This document shows positions 1 through 12,300 of a stretch of 64,000 nucleotides of DNA, piece after piece. The notes under the pieces were generated by a model, which saw nothing but the letters and a program-made list of their open reading frames with translations, was not told the DNA's origin and ran no database searches. Made by a program: the position numbers and the translations under genes. The DNA comes from Callorhinchus milii. Lineage: Eukaryota. Position 1 is the first letter of the stretch. Every line of letters begins with the position of its first letter. The stretch spans positions 7,316,001-7,380,000 of the forward strand of contig NW_024704759.1 in the NCBI RefSeq assembly GCF_018977255.1, in the 5' to 3' direction.

Positions 1-123
1 CCCTGGTTACTTTATTAAGCATCTCATGGACAATAGAAAGCCGGACAATGCAACCAATCCTACACAAGACATCAGATGTGACTTGGTTTAACTATTGAGT
101 TTTTCCCATGGGATTGAGTTTCA

Positions 124-290
124 GAACATAGGAACAGGAGTAGGCCAATCACACCTCGAGCCTGTTCCACCGTTCTATTAGATGATGGCTGATCTGTACC
201 TCAACTTGGTCATTTGAATGCTCTTCTGAAGTAGACCTTCTGGAACCCTCAATTATTTCTAAAGTTCCAGATTTCCCTGACTAAATGGGA
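124..290 (-). mobile_element. CR1 LINE 3' end fragment
   Basis: agaacataggaacaggagtaggcc...gagcctgttccacc...tggctgatctgtacctcaac is the reverse complement of the typical chondrichthyan CR1 3' UTR; similar copies lie near 9165, 49000 and 51830. Confidence 0.75.
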
Positions 291-552
291 AAAAGCTAAT
301 CTTTCTACATTGCCATTTTGGTGCAGAAGTAATATAATGGTACTCAAACGGATAATAATTTGATACAATCTGTGAAAGAGAGCCTGACTTTGCTGGAGTT
401 TTATTATGCACTACATTCAAAAGTCAAAGGTTTTCCTATAATGCTGTGGCCCCAGTCAATCACTGGGACTCCTCTCCAGTCTGCTACAGTTGTTGAATGG
501 ACGGCGAATCTTCATTTTGTGTCTTGCCATTTTTCACCTGAATAATAATTCT

Positions 553-1103
553 ATGTTGTGGGACATTGCTGTGTATAAATTGGCTGCAGCATTTATCTAC
601 AAATACACAGACACGACACTTCACAGTAAAATCTTGTGAAGCACTTTGAAATGTCTCAACAACGTGATAAGGCGCTATATCAGATGCAAGTTTTTTTTAT
701 ATAACTTTCTCCTGAGGAAGAGGCACATCAACAGCACCTGATCATCCTCAGGTGTTCGACCAAACGCCTTTATTCAAATGTGATCCAAGACAACTGAGTG
801 TTGGCATTTGACCTCCACACATGTACAGTTTTCCTACAAAATATGCAGTCACTGCACTTTACAGTGAATCCTATGAAGAATATTGTAAAATGAATTGAGA
901 TCCACATAACATCCAATGGCTCGAAGAATCTGCTTGGTGGACTTTGTTGAGATGTCTCTTGATGTGAATGGCGATATTTTGCCCACAGATATACAGTCAA
1001 TTCACTTTACAGTATATTTTGCGAAGTGCTTTGAAACGTCTGGAAGATGTGATAAGGAGTTAAATCAAATGCAAGGATTATTATTAATATTATTACTATT
1101 ATA
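553..1103 (+). mobile_element. Cluster of 5'-truncated tRNA-Deu-L2 SINE 3' halves
   Basis: gtgggacattgctgtg...tggctgc...cactttacagt...gcgctatatcaaatgcaag(att)n motifs, matching the full copy at 25139. Confidence 0.75.
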
Positions 1104-2344
1104 TGAAATGCAAAGATTCTGATCAGTAGCATTATTAGCTTGTCAGCACAGTTAATTCGGTAGTGATTAGAAATGAGGTACAGGTTAAACTGTAAATCTT
1201 TAGAGGGGAGGGCACTGCCTCCAGGCATACCACCCCTACTGCTGGCAAAAATGAACCAACCCACAGAAACTAGAGATTGCTCTTGGAACATTTGGTGTAC
1301 ACGGTTCTATTCATTCCATGGAGGAGGTTTAACAAGTAAGCCACTTGGGGAAATTAAAACATTTTCTTTGAAAAGGTTTATTTTAGCAATTTAATTGGCA
1401 TTAATGCAGTATGATAGAATTTTCAGTGCTCTGATTTGTGCAGAAATGCTAATAACTCATCACCCCAGAGAGCCTGTTTTCAGTCACTTAATTTAACCGC
1501 AGCTTCGAGGGGGTATATGGTTAAAATGAGATTGTCAGGAAAAAGATCAGATAGTTAATGGATGACTTAAATTTGGAAAAAATCACCATGTATGAATGGA
1601 AAATGTTAGTCTTTGCACTTCAATCCATAGTCCAATGAGTCCAATAGACTTGGTTGAGATCACATACAAAATATTGGATCCAGTTTTGGTCACTGTACCT
1701 ACGATTAACAAGGTAATAGAGAGGACTCAAAGCAGAACATGGGCTATTTCCAGCTTTGTAGCTTAGCAAGCTATGAACAGAAGGAGGTCAATTTGTTATC
1801 ATTAAGAGGGAAAAGATGACAGGTAGAAGAGTTCCAAGTTTAATATTGTGATAGGAATTGATGGGGTGAATTTAGATGTACAGTATATTGTTTTTTTTGT
1901 GTGGAAGTCCGAACCAGGGACATGATTATAAACGAGATTACTCTATAGGCAGCAGAGTAACCTGATTTAACTCTTGGCCCATTTATCTCTGATTTCTACT
2001 TTGTATTTAAACGTATTTTCAGCTGGCTTGATGTATTTGAGGAGGTATCATCTTTCATTCCCTTGGGGTAGGCTGACACTGAAGTAGTGAATGAAGAGAA
2101 AGAAGGGCAAGCACTTATGAAAGTGAAGGCCAAGCAACACTGTCTTTTGATCTGATCCTTTCAGATCTCTCCCCTCCCCCACCTGACTGACTGTATCCCA
2201 ATTATTGTAGTCAGCTGTTCATTAAATGAGTCCAGTATTCGGCGCTCTACCACCCTTGACGGTAACCCATTCCATTTATTAATTATCATCTGTGTGCAGA
2301 AACACTTCCTGGTGTCTGTCCTGAAATTACCTTTCGCACCCTGA

Positions 2345-2510
2345 ACAGAACAACAAATTATACTTGTATAGCGCCCTTCACGTCAGAAAAACATCCCAGG
2401 GCCCTGGACAGTGAGGGGTTTTTGGATCCGAGCTGGGAATTGTGGTCCAGAGGGGTGGAGGGCAGGGGGTTCAGGGTGGGAGGGTGGCATGACACTGGGA
2501 GAAACTGTTT
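2345..2510 (-). mobile_element. L2 LINE 3' end
   Basis: aacaacaa...tatagcgcccttcacgtcag...catcccagggccctggacag, the reverse of the L2 tail with a (GTT)n end. Confidence 0.6.
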
Positions 2511-5500
2511 TTTCAGATAGTGACATGGGATCTTTAATGAAGGCACGGTCAAAGAACCTGTGAAGTTGTGCCCTCTTGTCCTAGAAGAGGGCACAATCCG
2601 TTTACTTGACTTTACAGGCGGAAAAAGGATACAGATTTGATGTCGGGAAAGGATTACAAAATTTCCATGTTCTATGAGAGTCCTAAATGTTAAATAATAA
2701 ATGAGAAAAACAATAAACAGATAATAAATAATAAATGAAGACACTTGCGTCACTGATGATCTACTTTATAGCTACTTTGATTGCTTAAAACAATGTACTT
2801 TTTCAAAGGTTGAGGATGTTGTAAATTTTCAGTTAATGGTGCCGTTCAGGTGACAAGCTTCATGACTTAAGCAACTGCATGATATCAATCACATGACTGA
2901 TAGCCATTTTTGTTGGGGGGCAAAGGGGGTTGAGGTGTGTGTGTGTGAAGTTAATATTAAATCTTTTAGCTGGTACATATCTGATTGTAATGTCAGATTG
3001 TCTTCCTGATGATTCTACTGCAAACGTGGAGTAGTCTTGCTTGGGGGTATTAATTGAATTATTTTGGCTATGTTACCACTTGAAAAAATAATGAAAGAGC
3101 TGGAATTGGACAAACAGATGAGATAAGAAATTATGAGGAATAATTGAAGGCGCACAGAATGCTATTTGTCAGATGCAGCGTGCCTGCATCTGCTAACCAA
3201 TACAAATTAATGGCAATATGACCGCAGGTAGAATCTAATTTATTGTTTCAGGATTGATGGATGAAGCAAATATCTGCGACCTAAAGCATGTACTATCTTG
3301 TGCAGCCTGCTGAGGCTGGAACTTATTCTCCGTTGAAACTGGGGTTTCCATTTTTATTTTTGCAGACCTACACGGGGTGCATTTTGAACTCATCAAAAGC
3401 CAGATCTTCACTTAATTGCCCCAGGGAATCGGAGTCTCCCTCATTGCAGCTCTGTTTGAATCTCCTGAAGTATCGAAAAGCAAAATGAGTGATAGTGTTG
3501 TGATTTTTTCTAAGACAGTTTATTTTTCACCCCGTCTTTCCCTTCCGGTGAGGCTTCAGTGACTGGTTTGCTAACTGGTAGGTGTGAGCTGTAAACCCTG
3601 GCATTGTCTTGTCATTCAAATCCATCGGTTGTGCTGGTCGCAATGTTGATCAATCCTTGACCAGACCACTAGGTGGAAGCCTGCTCTGTAATTAATGGTT
3701 TCACCTGGGTTTGAGAGAGTCAACAATGCCTTGTGACTTTGTACAAACCCACATCGTGTTGAGCAGTGCAGGAGTGATATTGGAGCAAGATCAGACAGAA
3801 AGCTGGTCACTTGACAAGGAATGACCTTTTAACTTTGTGTTAGCCTAAACGGAGAACACATAAAAGTTTCTTTTGTGACCACGTATGACCACAGACCATT
3901 CAATGAGAATATTTTGATCCAATTTGAATTGAAAACCGCTTGTTCCAATTCATTGAGGCTGCAGGAAAGAGGGAACATGTTACAGTACTTCTCTCAAGTT
4001 TTCTTCTGCACCCAATGGAAGGTGAGTGATTCCCACCCACGTACCAGTTTTTAACTGATGTATGGTCTCATTAGTATGCTTGAAGAGGCCTTGGATTTTA
4101 GATGTGATAGATGATGCTGAATTGTAAACAAATGATGCTTTATAGGCTTCACACTGGTTATTTCAGGCCTTTATCTATTTGTTTCTGAGACTGCATTTGA
4201 AATACTGTCGTCTCTCTTATCAAAAGGATTAAAGTATTGAGAAGCCCAGCAAGCATTCCAGGGCTTCAAATGCTAAACTACAAAAATAGGTTGACAGAAT
4301 TAGGCATTTCATTGTCGAAAAGGAGCTCAAGAGAGGATCTGATCTGGATCTTTACGATGCTGAAAAACCCATTCATTTTGGATGTGGCAGGCAGATTTTT
4401 TTTAAAATCTAGTTTCAACTGTGATCAGAGCTCCAGTTCCAAAATGGGCACAATTCAAGCGCTCTAGGATGCTACCCTGCATGAGGAGCGCTATATAAAT
4501 CAAGTTATTGTTGTTGTTGAGTTGGCAAGCATCAAGCGAGATTGTAGTTTGCAAGATTTCTTCCTCCTCAACTTGCAACATAAACAACAGATTTCAGGGG
4601 TAATTTCCAATTGAAATGATGTATCGATCCACTGAAATGAAGCTGGATGATTACAAAAGGACTAAACACCAAATGGGATAATGAGAACCATAGATTATCA
4701 AATGCTCTTAGGAGCACTGTGGACTCATTCCCATTCCAACTACAGTGCTACCTAACTGGTCAGTATTGATTTTCTTTATTTTGCTTGATTGTTTCTGTGT
4801 GTCAGAAAGCAATTTCACCTGGCTTTTCCTCTGGGAAAGATGTGGCCCCTGATTGTTCACCTGCCTCAGTCGATGAAATTAATTACGTCAAGTCTATGAA
4901 AATACAAACTGAAGATGGTAGGCTAAATTTGTCCATTTTGTTATTTATGTTCTTTACGAGATCACGAGACAGGTGAGGATGACCGAAGGCGTAGCCCAAG
5001 AGGAAGGTCTTGAGATGGGCCATGAAAAAGGCAAGAGGGGGTGACCAGAAAGGTTTCTTAAATGAGTCCCAGTGCCCTCGCCTCAACGACCCTTCCAAGT
5101 ATCCCGTTCTCAGTCATGAATTGCCTTCTGTGGAAAAAATACTTCTTGGTATCTGTCCTGAAATTGTTCTTTACAAGTCTATCCCTTGTGTCTGCCAACT
5201 GGCCATATCCGAAAGTATTATTCTGGGGTTTTATGATCTGCAGTATGGTGACCTGGCTGGTTATTTGCGGCATTTGACTGCTGGTTAGGAGAATGCCGGC
5301 TATTTTTGACTGTTGGAGTCTGATCTGGTGGAAACGAAGGCGAACTGATCAAATTACCATGTGAAAAATCCTTTATTTATGGAGCCTTTGCCAATTTCAA
5401 CTCTAAATGAGACTGCTGATGGAGCGGAAGCTGTGGGACATGAACACGTGCTTTGAACGCTGACTTTTGCTCTTTGCTCTCCCCCACAAGCGTCACGTCT

Positions 5501-5844
5501 GTATATGAAAGAAAGATGGAAGATCAAGTGAGGAAAGATCACTTGGCACTAAACAATCAGAAGTTACCAGGAAGAAGTAAATCAACAACTGAATGTTTTG
5601 CAGAGGTCAAAGTAAGTCAGTGACAAAATCAGAGCAAGAAATCCCAAAGGAAATCATTATATAAGTGACATTTTAGACAATAAACATTGAAGTAACAAAC
5701 TTTGACATTGAATTTCAGATTGATCATTGGTTTTGAAATCAGAAGACTTTTTTTGATGTGGGAAGAATCTGTGATGACAAAACTCAAGGGCAGTCAATCC
5801 GCTGAACATTCAGGTATGGATATTATCTAGTTATTTGGCTCAAG

Positions 5845-5947
5845 CTGTTGTAGGTGGAATGCATGGAATTATCAGTTTAGTTTGGATACTCTTAAGCATA
5901 TGGTGATAGGTTTTTGCATGTGTCAGATGCCCGTCTCACCAAAAAAA
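5845..5947 (+). repeat. Unidentified poly(A)-tailed interspersed repeat, copy 1 (3' part)
   Basis: ggaatgcatgga...tttggatactcttaagca...tgtgtcaga...cc-AAAAAAA, homologous to 28678-28918 and 53437-53677. Confidence 0.75.
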
Positions 5948-5975
5948 GCTGTATAGTGTTCTGATCCGACTGCAC

Positions 5976-6612
5976 TGTAAGGGATTCGGATGGAGATGAC
6001 CACCAATGTTGTGTAATAAACCAAGGTTTATTAAATATTACAAATAGCTTCACTAATTCTTAAAACTGAGACCATGGATACAATAGAATCGATATGATTC
6101 CACTGAGAAATGTGCTGACCGTCTACGGCAACTCCCAACTATTTCAGTCACGTCTTTCTTTTATGTGTTTCTAACTCCACCTCCTCTTGTCCCAGAGATG
6201 GCTCCCACCCTTCGCAGCTGCTAGCGATCTTGGCAGGCTCTTTTCGCATGGGAAACTAACTGATAAGGAGAAAGAGAATTGGACAGCTAATTGGGAGGAT
6301 TCTGCCAACTTCCTGTTTCTTAGTCTTGAGATAACAGATGAGCCCCGTGTCTACACATCTGTGCTCAATGACATGATTACTCACTTCTTAGATGGGAGGA
6401 TGACATGGGACCCAGGCACCAAACGAGGGAAAGTTATCAGAACCTGACCTCAGCTGGGGTCAAGCCAATATATCTTTACCTTTGCGAACACTAATTGGCG
6501 TATGTACCCTCTCAGGGGCCCACAGCTAGTTATTAAAAACACACACCCTTGTTCATGCCCTAATAATTAAGGAATGCTATACTAAAAAGATTATCACAAA
6601 TATAATCTTATA
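5976..6612 (-). mobile_element. Solo LTR (ERV/Gypsy-type), 637 bp, inserted into a CR1 fragment
   Basis: Starts TGTAAG and ends CTTATA (one transition from CTTACA), flanked by the direct repeat GCAC (5972-5975 and 6613-6616). TTTATT near 6027 and CTTTTATG near 6157 give a poly(A) signal and TATA-like box on the minus strand. The flanks rejoin into a CR1 LYxxLxRxHxEY segment. Confidence 0.7.
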
Positions 6613-6965
6613 GCACCAAGAGTATTTCATACGCTGCAATATAAGGGGGCTGCCCTTGAGGCAGTGCAGAGGAGAGCAATGAGGATGATTCCTAGTATTA
6701 GAGGCATGACAATGATTAACGGTTTGACAAGCGAGGGCTCTTCAGTCTTGAAAGGAGATGACTCACAGGAGCACGTAACTTTAAATCCGATTGAAAAAGT
6801 AAATCCAGAAGAACACCAAGATAGCAGAACAAGAGGACACACGTTTTGGGTTGCTTACTCATTTAATAAGCAACTTGATGATGTGATTGAAGGGCGAGTG
6901 TTCTGAAACAATGAGATCTGATGGGAGAAGGGACTCCTTCATCCAAACCTCTTATGATCTTGTGA
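6613..6965 (+). mobile_element. CR1 LINE ORF2 C-terminus and 3' end (continues from about 5949-5975)
   Basis: ALEAVQRRAMRMIP and SRTRGH motifs typical of the CR1 ORF2 C-terminus. Confidence 0.75.
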
Positions 6966-7662
6966 TTGGATTTATGTGAATTGCTGTGAGTTCCAATAAT
7001 GTTTTTTTGGGGGAAAAAAGAGAAATCTTTTAATCTGCTCATAACAAGCAGTAAATTGAGACCAGATCTGCACCGTTCGACATCACACCATATTAATGCA
7101 TGATTAACCTGAAGTCCTATCAGCCTGTTCTGGTGGATGTCAAAGAATCATATAGAGAAGGAAGTTTCTCCTATTGTCCTGGACAGTATTGCTCCTACAC
7201 AAATATTTCTCCAGTTTTTTTAGGGAAGTTGATACAATTGGTTTCAACTGCTTTAAGATTGAAAATATTAAGAGTAGCACAATGTGCCACTCAAGAAATT
7301 TTAAGGGCAATCTTAAGAGTTTAATCGAGTGTGATACAATCCCAATTTATAATGCAGGTGATGAATCGATTTGATACTTGAAACATGCTCCTGAGGTTTA
7401 GGAACAGAACTCAAAATCAAATCAATGCCCCCTGAAGCCCTGTACCTTTGGCAGTGATTCAACTTGAAAATAACATTTTATGGACATTAACTGTGCAATA
7501 CATTAGGGCATTAAAGGCTTTGATCAGATATACTTTTTTTTCCTCCTCATATTATTTTTCTACTGAAAACTTTCAGCTCTCTGACTTCCTCAGTTTAATG
7601 TGGAGCTCTGAGATGTGGAATTAGCTCCGCTTTCCACTTAAACCCTGCCCAATGATCATTTG

Positions 7663-7770
7663 TGGAGTCCTGTACCATATTGGTTAGAGCAATCACTTCG
7701 CAAGCGAAAGTACCTGGGTTTGATTCCTGAGCAGGGCAAAATGAATGGGAACTTTCCTTACTCCACACCT
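7663..7770 (+). mobile_element. tRNA-derived SINE head
   Basis: ggagtcctgtaccatattggttagagc...cctgggtttgattcc...tttccttactccacac, with A- and B-box-like motifs. Confidence 0.7.
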
Positions 7771-8662
7771 CTATTTAACTATCAAAGATTATTATTATTG
7801 AGTATTGGCAGGCTTCCATTGAAGTTTGAAGAGCTCTGGAACGTCATCCAGACGTGAAAGGCGCTACACAAATGTCATCTGTTGATGTTGTTGAATGAAA
7901 CTCAGAAAGTTTTGTCAGTCTTCTATCTTCTAAGTATAAAAAATTGTCCAGGGATATGAATTTTATGAAAGAAATGTGTAAGATTTTAGCAAGGGCTGAT
8001 TTTGCACTGATTGGGCTTGTATATGTGGGGAACACCAGTTACTCATTGATTCTGCTCCAGGGTAAAGCAATTTACTGAGTGAAATGAAAACAGTTGTCTG
8101 GGTTGGAGTGATCGATACAAAATGTTCACCATCAAATTGGGTTCTGTCTTCAAGTAATATAACCTGTGCGATAGATGTAATGGTTTGGATGACGGTACTT
8201 AGTAACTGTTTAGAGAAGTGGGGTCCCTCTTCACCTGCATTCTATTTGAGATTGAAAGTTGTGCAGGAGCTACGTATGGTTCATGGTCTAACTCATTTAA
8301 GAGACATAAACCACCTAAAGTGGAGAGAGAGAGGGGCGGGTTGAAAAGTGTGACAAATGTCACACTTGGTCACCTCAAATCAAGTTTGCAGAATGACTAA
8401 AGTGGGGGGAATGTTTAAATCCTCAGGCACATAAACGACCAAGGCAAGTCCCAGGATTGCTGGTGATGAGAATTGGCACTCTAGCTAGTCTCTTAAGTAA
8501 GATGACAGTACAGAATACCTGTCATTTGGAACCAAGTTTTGAACATTGAGATGTCTAGAAGACGTGAAAAGTGCTATATCAAATGCAAGGTTTATTATTA
8601 TAGAGTTAAATCTGCCAACGGCACTATTCCTGGTGGGGATTGCAACCGATTGAATTTTATAT

Positions 8663-9012
8663 TAATAATAATCCTTGCATTTGATTTAGCTCCTTATCAT
8701 GTATTTGGAAAGTCCCAAAACTTTTCATGGAATATAGTGTAAAGTGAATTGACTGTATTTTTTGTGGGCGAAACATGTCCCACAAACAGTCCTAGGTAGA
8801 GTGACCAATTTATTATTTATTTTTTTGAAGGGATTATTGCCTCCGGAAAGGCGATCCGCCAATTGACTAACAACTGGGTTCCTACTTACTGCTAGGTAAA
8901 CAGAGTTTATAAGTAAGGAAACTAGCCTAACTTTTCACCCTGCCTGGGAATCGAACCGAGGTCCTCTCACTTGCCAGGCGAGTACACAAACCTACAGATA
9001 CTACAGGACTCC
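8663..9012 (-). mobile_element. Near full-length tRNA-Deu-L2 SINE (older subfamily with extra internal segment)
   Basis: (aat)n-ccttgcatttgat tail through gggaatcgaacc...ctacaggactcc head in reverse. Confidence 0.85.
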
Positions 9013-9164
9013 ACAGTTTTCTGCAAACTGTACAAAAACTGTGACATCTACGTGCTACTGTAAATGGATTAAATGCCAACCGTATTGATCTCCAGACAGG
9101 AGCCTACAATATTCCAACTGGTATCCTCTCAGGCCTTGTTGCATGTTTCTAACTCCGAATAAGA

Positions 9165-9385
9165 CCATAAGAAGTAGGAGTAGGCCATTCGGCCCCTCAA
9201 GCCTGCCCCGCCATTTAATAAGTTCATGGCTGATCTTTGAACCTAATTCCATTTGCCCGCCCTATCCCCATAGCCCTTAATCCCTCTATCCTTCAGAAGT
9301 CTATCAACCTCAGTCTTGAATATGTTCAAGGACTGAGCATTCACAGCCTTCTGAGGTAGAGAATTCCACAGATTGTTGTGAAATG
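9165..9385 (-). mobile_element. CR1 LINE 3' end
   Basis: Minus-strand translation NLWNSLPQKAVNAQSLNIFKTEVDRLL...GIKGYG plus the ggccgaatggcctactcct 3' UTR. Confidence 0.85.
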
Positions 9386-12300
9386 ACCATTTCCTTACTT
9401 CTTTGCTGTATAGTTTCATTTTCATCCTTTTGCCAATGTTTTCTTTCCATTTTTAGATTTATAACCTGAAGTAACCATTGGTTTAATGATCCAGACTAAT
9501 GCTGTTAATCTGGATGTCAGTTTAAGTATGATAATTAATGATTCGTAAATTAATATACTGTAACTTGTCAGAATGTCCTCAATTTCTCTCTTAGTTTATA
9601 GCTTAGATTTCTCCCTCCTCCTTCTCAGTCTTGTGATCAATTTAAACCTGTTTTCCTGAGCTGAAAAACACGATCTGAAACCAGGCCATTAACTGCACAG
9701 GGAATCCAATTCATTGAACTCAAAGCAGTGCACAGTGAAGAGATCTGCTGAGGGTGGGAGTAGATATTTCAAATGAGAAAATCCTGATTCACTTTATATT
9801 AAAAAAAATCAAATGGCTATTTATCTGGTCTGAGCCTCATTCAACACACTGGTCTTTTTGACGGAATACCTTTTTAATAGTTTGCCTAAAGGAAGAATGT
9901 AACTTACTTAGCCATAGTGCAAATCTGGGTTTGACTAGCTCATCAATGAGACATAGAGGCATACACATGGTTTGAATTCTGCAATCCAAAGCTCATACTG
10001 GTAGGGCAGTTCCTAATTAGTGCAGTGAAATTTCTCGGGGTGCTATAATGAATCTTAATAGTTTCCGATTTTAATTGAGAAAAATCAGTATTTGTTCAAT
10101 TTTCTTCAAATTGAGGAAAATGAATTCCAATTATTACTTTTTTTAATACTTTTTGTATTGCTTTAAGCCACAGAAATGGCCAACGTCTGGATACAGTACA
10201 ATTTAGACTTGCAAAGTACCTTTCACTTTGGTAGCATGTCGTCCAAAGCATTGAAATGTACAGTTGCTATGGATGTTGTTCTCTGTATGCAGGAAGTGGT
10301 GTTAGCAAGGCTACCTGGGCATAGTGCAAAGGAAATGACATCCATAGTGATCTTACGACCTGGAAGTTGGACTTTTTTGCAATCAAAGACTGGTAAAAAT
10401 AAAACACAAGAGAAATAAACCTTACCAGTTGAAAATTAAAAACTCTAAACATCAGAAACTGCAATTATTATTTGGGTGCGGCATTTGATTGAGAATATAA
10501 AGCTACCTCGTGATCTAGCCAAAAGGTGAGCAATGCACATTAGGATGATAGGTAGATCTTGAACCTCTAGATTGTGAAACAAATGTTCTTTCCAATTCTG
10601 TATCCATGCTTGGCACTCAGCCAGACAAGGATTTAGTTCTCAAACTGTTGGCAGCAATTAAAAATATCTACTCTTAATATATGGATAAAAGAATTAAATT
10701 TTTATGGGTAAATTTGATTTTGGCTGGATTATTGTCTGCCGTCGTAAAGTCATGTCTCTCTCTCCTAAATATATTGTCTGATCATCAATCTATCTACTGC
10801 CCCATGTTTTATCTGCCTGTCTATTTGCCCCCAGTCATTAGCTTGAAAGTATATTAATTATTCAACAACAATAATAACTTACATTTTCAAAGCGCCCTTC
10901 ACACTCTGACACCGAGCCCGGGGAAGGGAGGAGATGACCAGAAGAAGGGTCGAAGAGGAAGGTCTTCTTGCGTATTAAATATTTTTTTCTATAAACTATT
11001 ATCCTGCTCTCTATCATCATCCTTTGAAACTGCATCCCACAGTCCCTTCACCTTGTTCCCTAACTAGCCTCCTTCAAGGCACGTCACGAGGCCCTACTTT
11101 TTGACCGTACCTTTGACCTGATCCCCAGCTCTGGTCCAAATCCCTGACTTGCGACCAAAGCAAAATTATTTTTCAGACATCTTCTGTTTTTGTCAGCGGC
11201 TGAGACAGTTGAAACAGGCTGCTGAGGAATTTGCATCTGGTTCAGATGTGAGCACATGAAGTAGGGTTGGCTTGTTAATGTCCATTCTCTATTGCACGCC
11301 ATTTAGATTAACTGTCGGAGAACTCATTACAGTTTCACTCATTTGTATCATTTCCCACTTTGCTTAACTTTTACTCTTGATCTGTAATGTTCAGTGAAAA
11401 TGTCAAAATGTCTTATTTCTTCAGCACGGAGAATCCTAACATGTATATCAGAGTGCAGACATTTACACGCAGCCAATATTTTGGTGCTAGAGGAGATCAG
11501 GACAGATGGATCAAATAAAATATAAACACACCAAAAGCACTGTAGACCTATTGATTCATCAAACCCATTTCTTCTGCGCAATCCATTTCATCAAACACTC
11601 TTCCAAACCCTTTAATACAGTGAGAAAAGGGTCTGAAAAACATCTCCATACTTTGCTCCACCATAGATCAAGCAAATCTCCACAACATCTATCTATTCTT
11701 CTGTCCCACATTTTACAACATTGACCAGTCTTGCTTGGCATGAGACTTCCAATAGTAAGCAGTAATATTCTGCACTGTATTCCAGCAGATTGACATTAAG
11801 AGCCTTTTTCTAACTTTCATGTACCTCCACACTCTTGCACCACCCTATGATCTGTGGTCATATCACTTTCTCTGCCAACTCTAATTCGACTACAAAACAC
11901 ACTTTACAGTATATCCTGTGAAGCGCTTTGAAATATTCTCCCGACGTGAAAGGCACTATATCAAAAGCAAGGATTATTGCTATAATTATTCTTGTTGCTT
12001 TCTTTTTTTAAGTGAATGTTGGGATTTGCGGTTCAACTGAACTCGTCACAAGTAAAAAAATTGTCCAGAGTGTGTGTCTTGAATCACTCATCTGACTCGC
12101 CATTTGGTACACAACAGGAGAGTTAAAAGGGGGACTGCAGGCTGGAAGGCATTTCTGATTAATGCATAGAAAGCTCCTCAAATCTCCAGGACCAAGCACT
12201 AATGCATTTTTGTCATTACATTTGCTCAGTGTAAAGGTGTTTCTAAGTGGATGGGGTTTTGTTCACCACTTGTTGAGAACAGGCACTGATTTCTGTGGAG

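Noticed and set aside
3663-3680. CTCF-like AGACCACTAGGTGGAAGC
   Set aside because: It lacks the conserved C after GG and has no other support.
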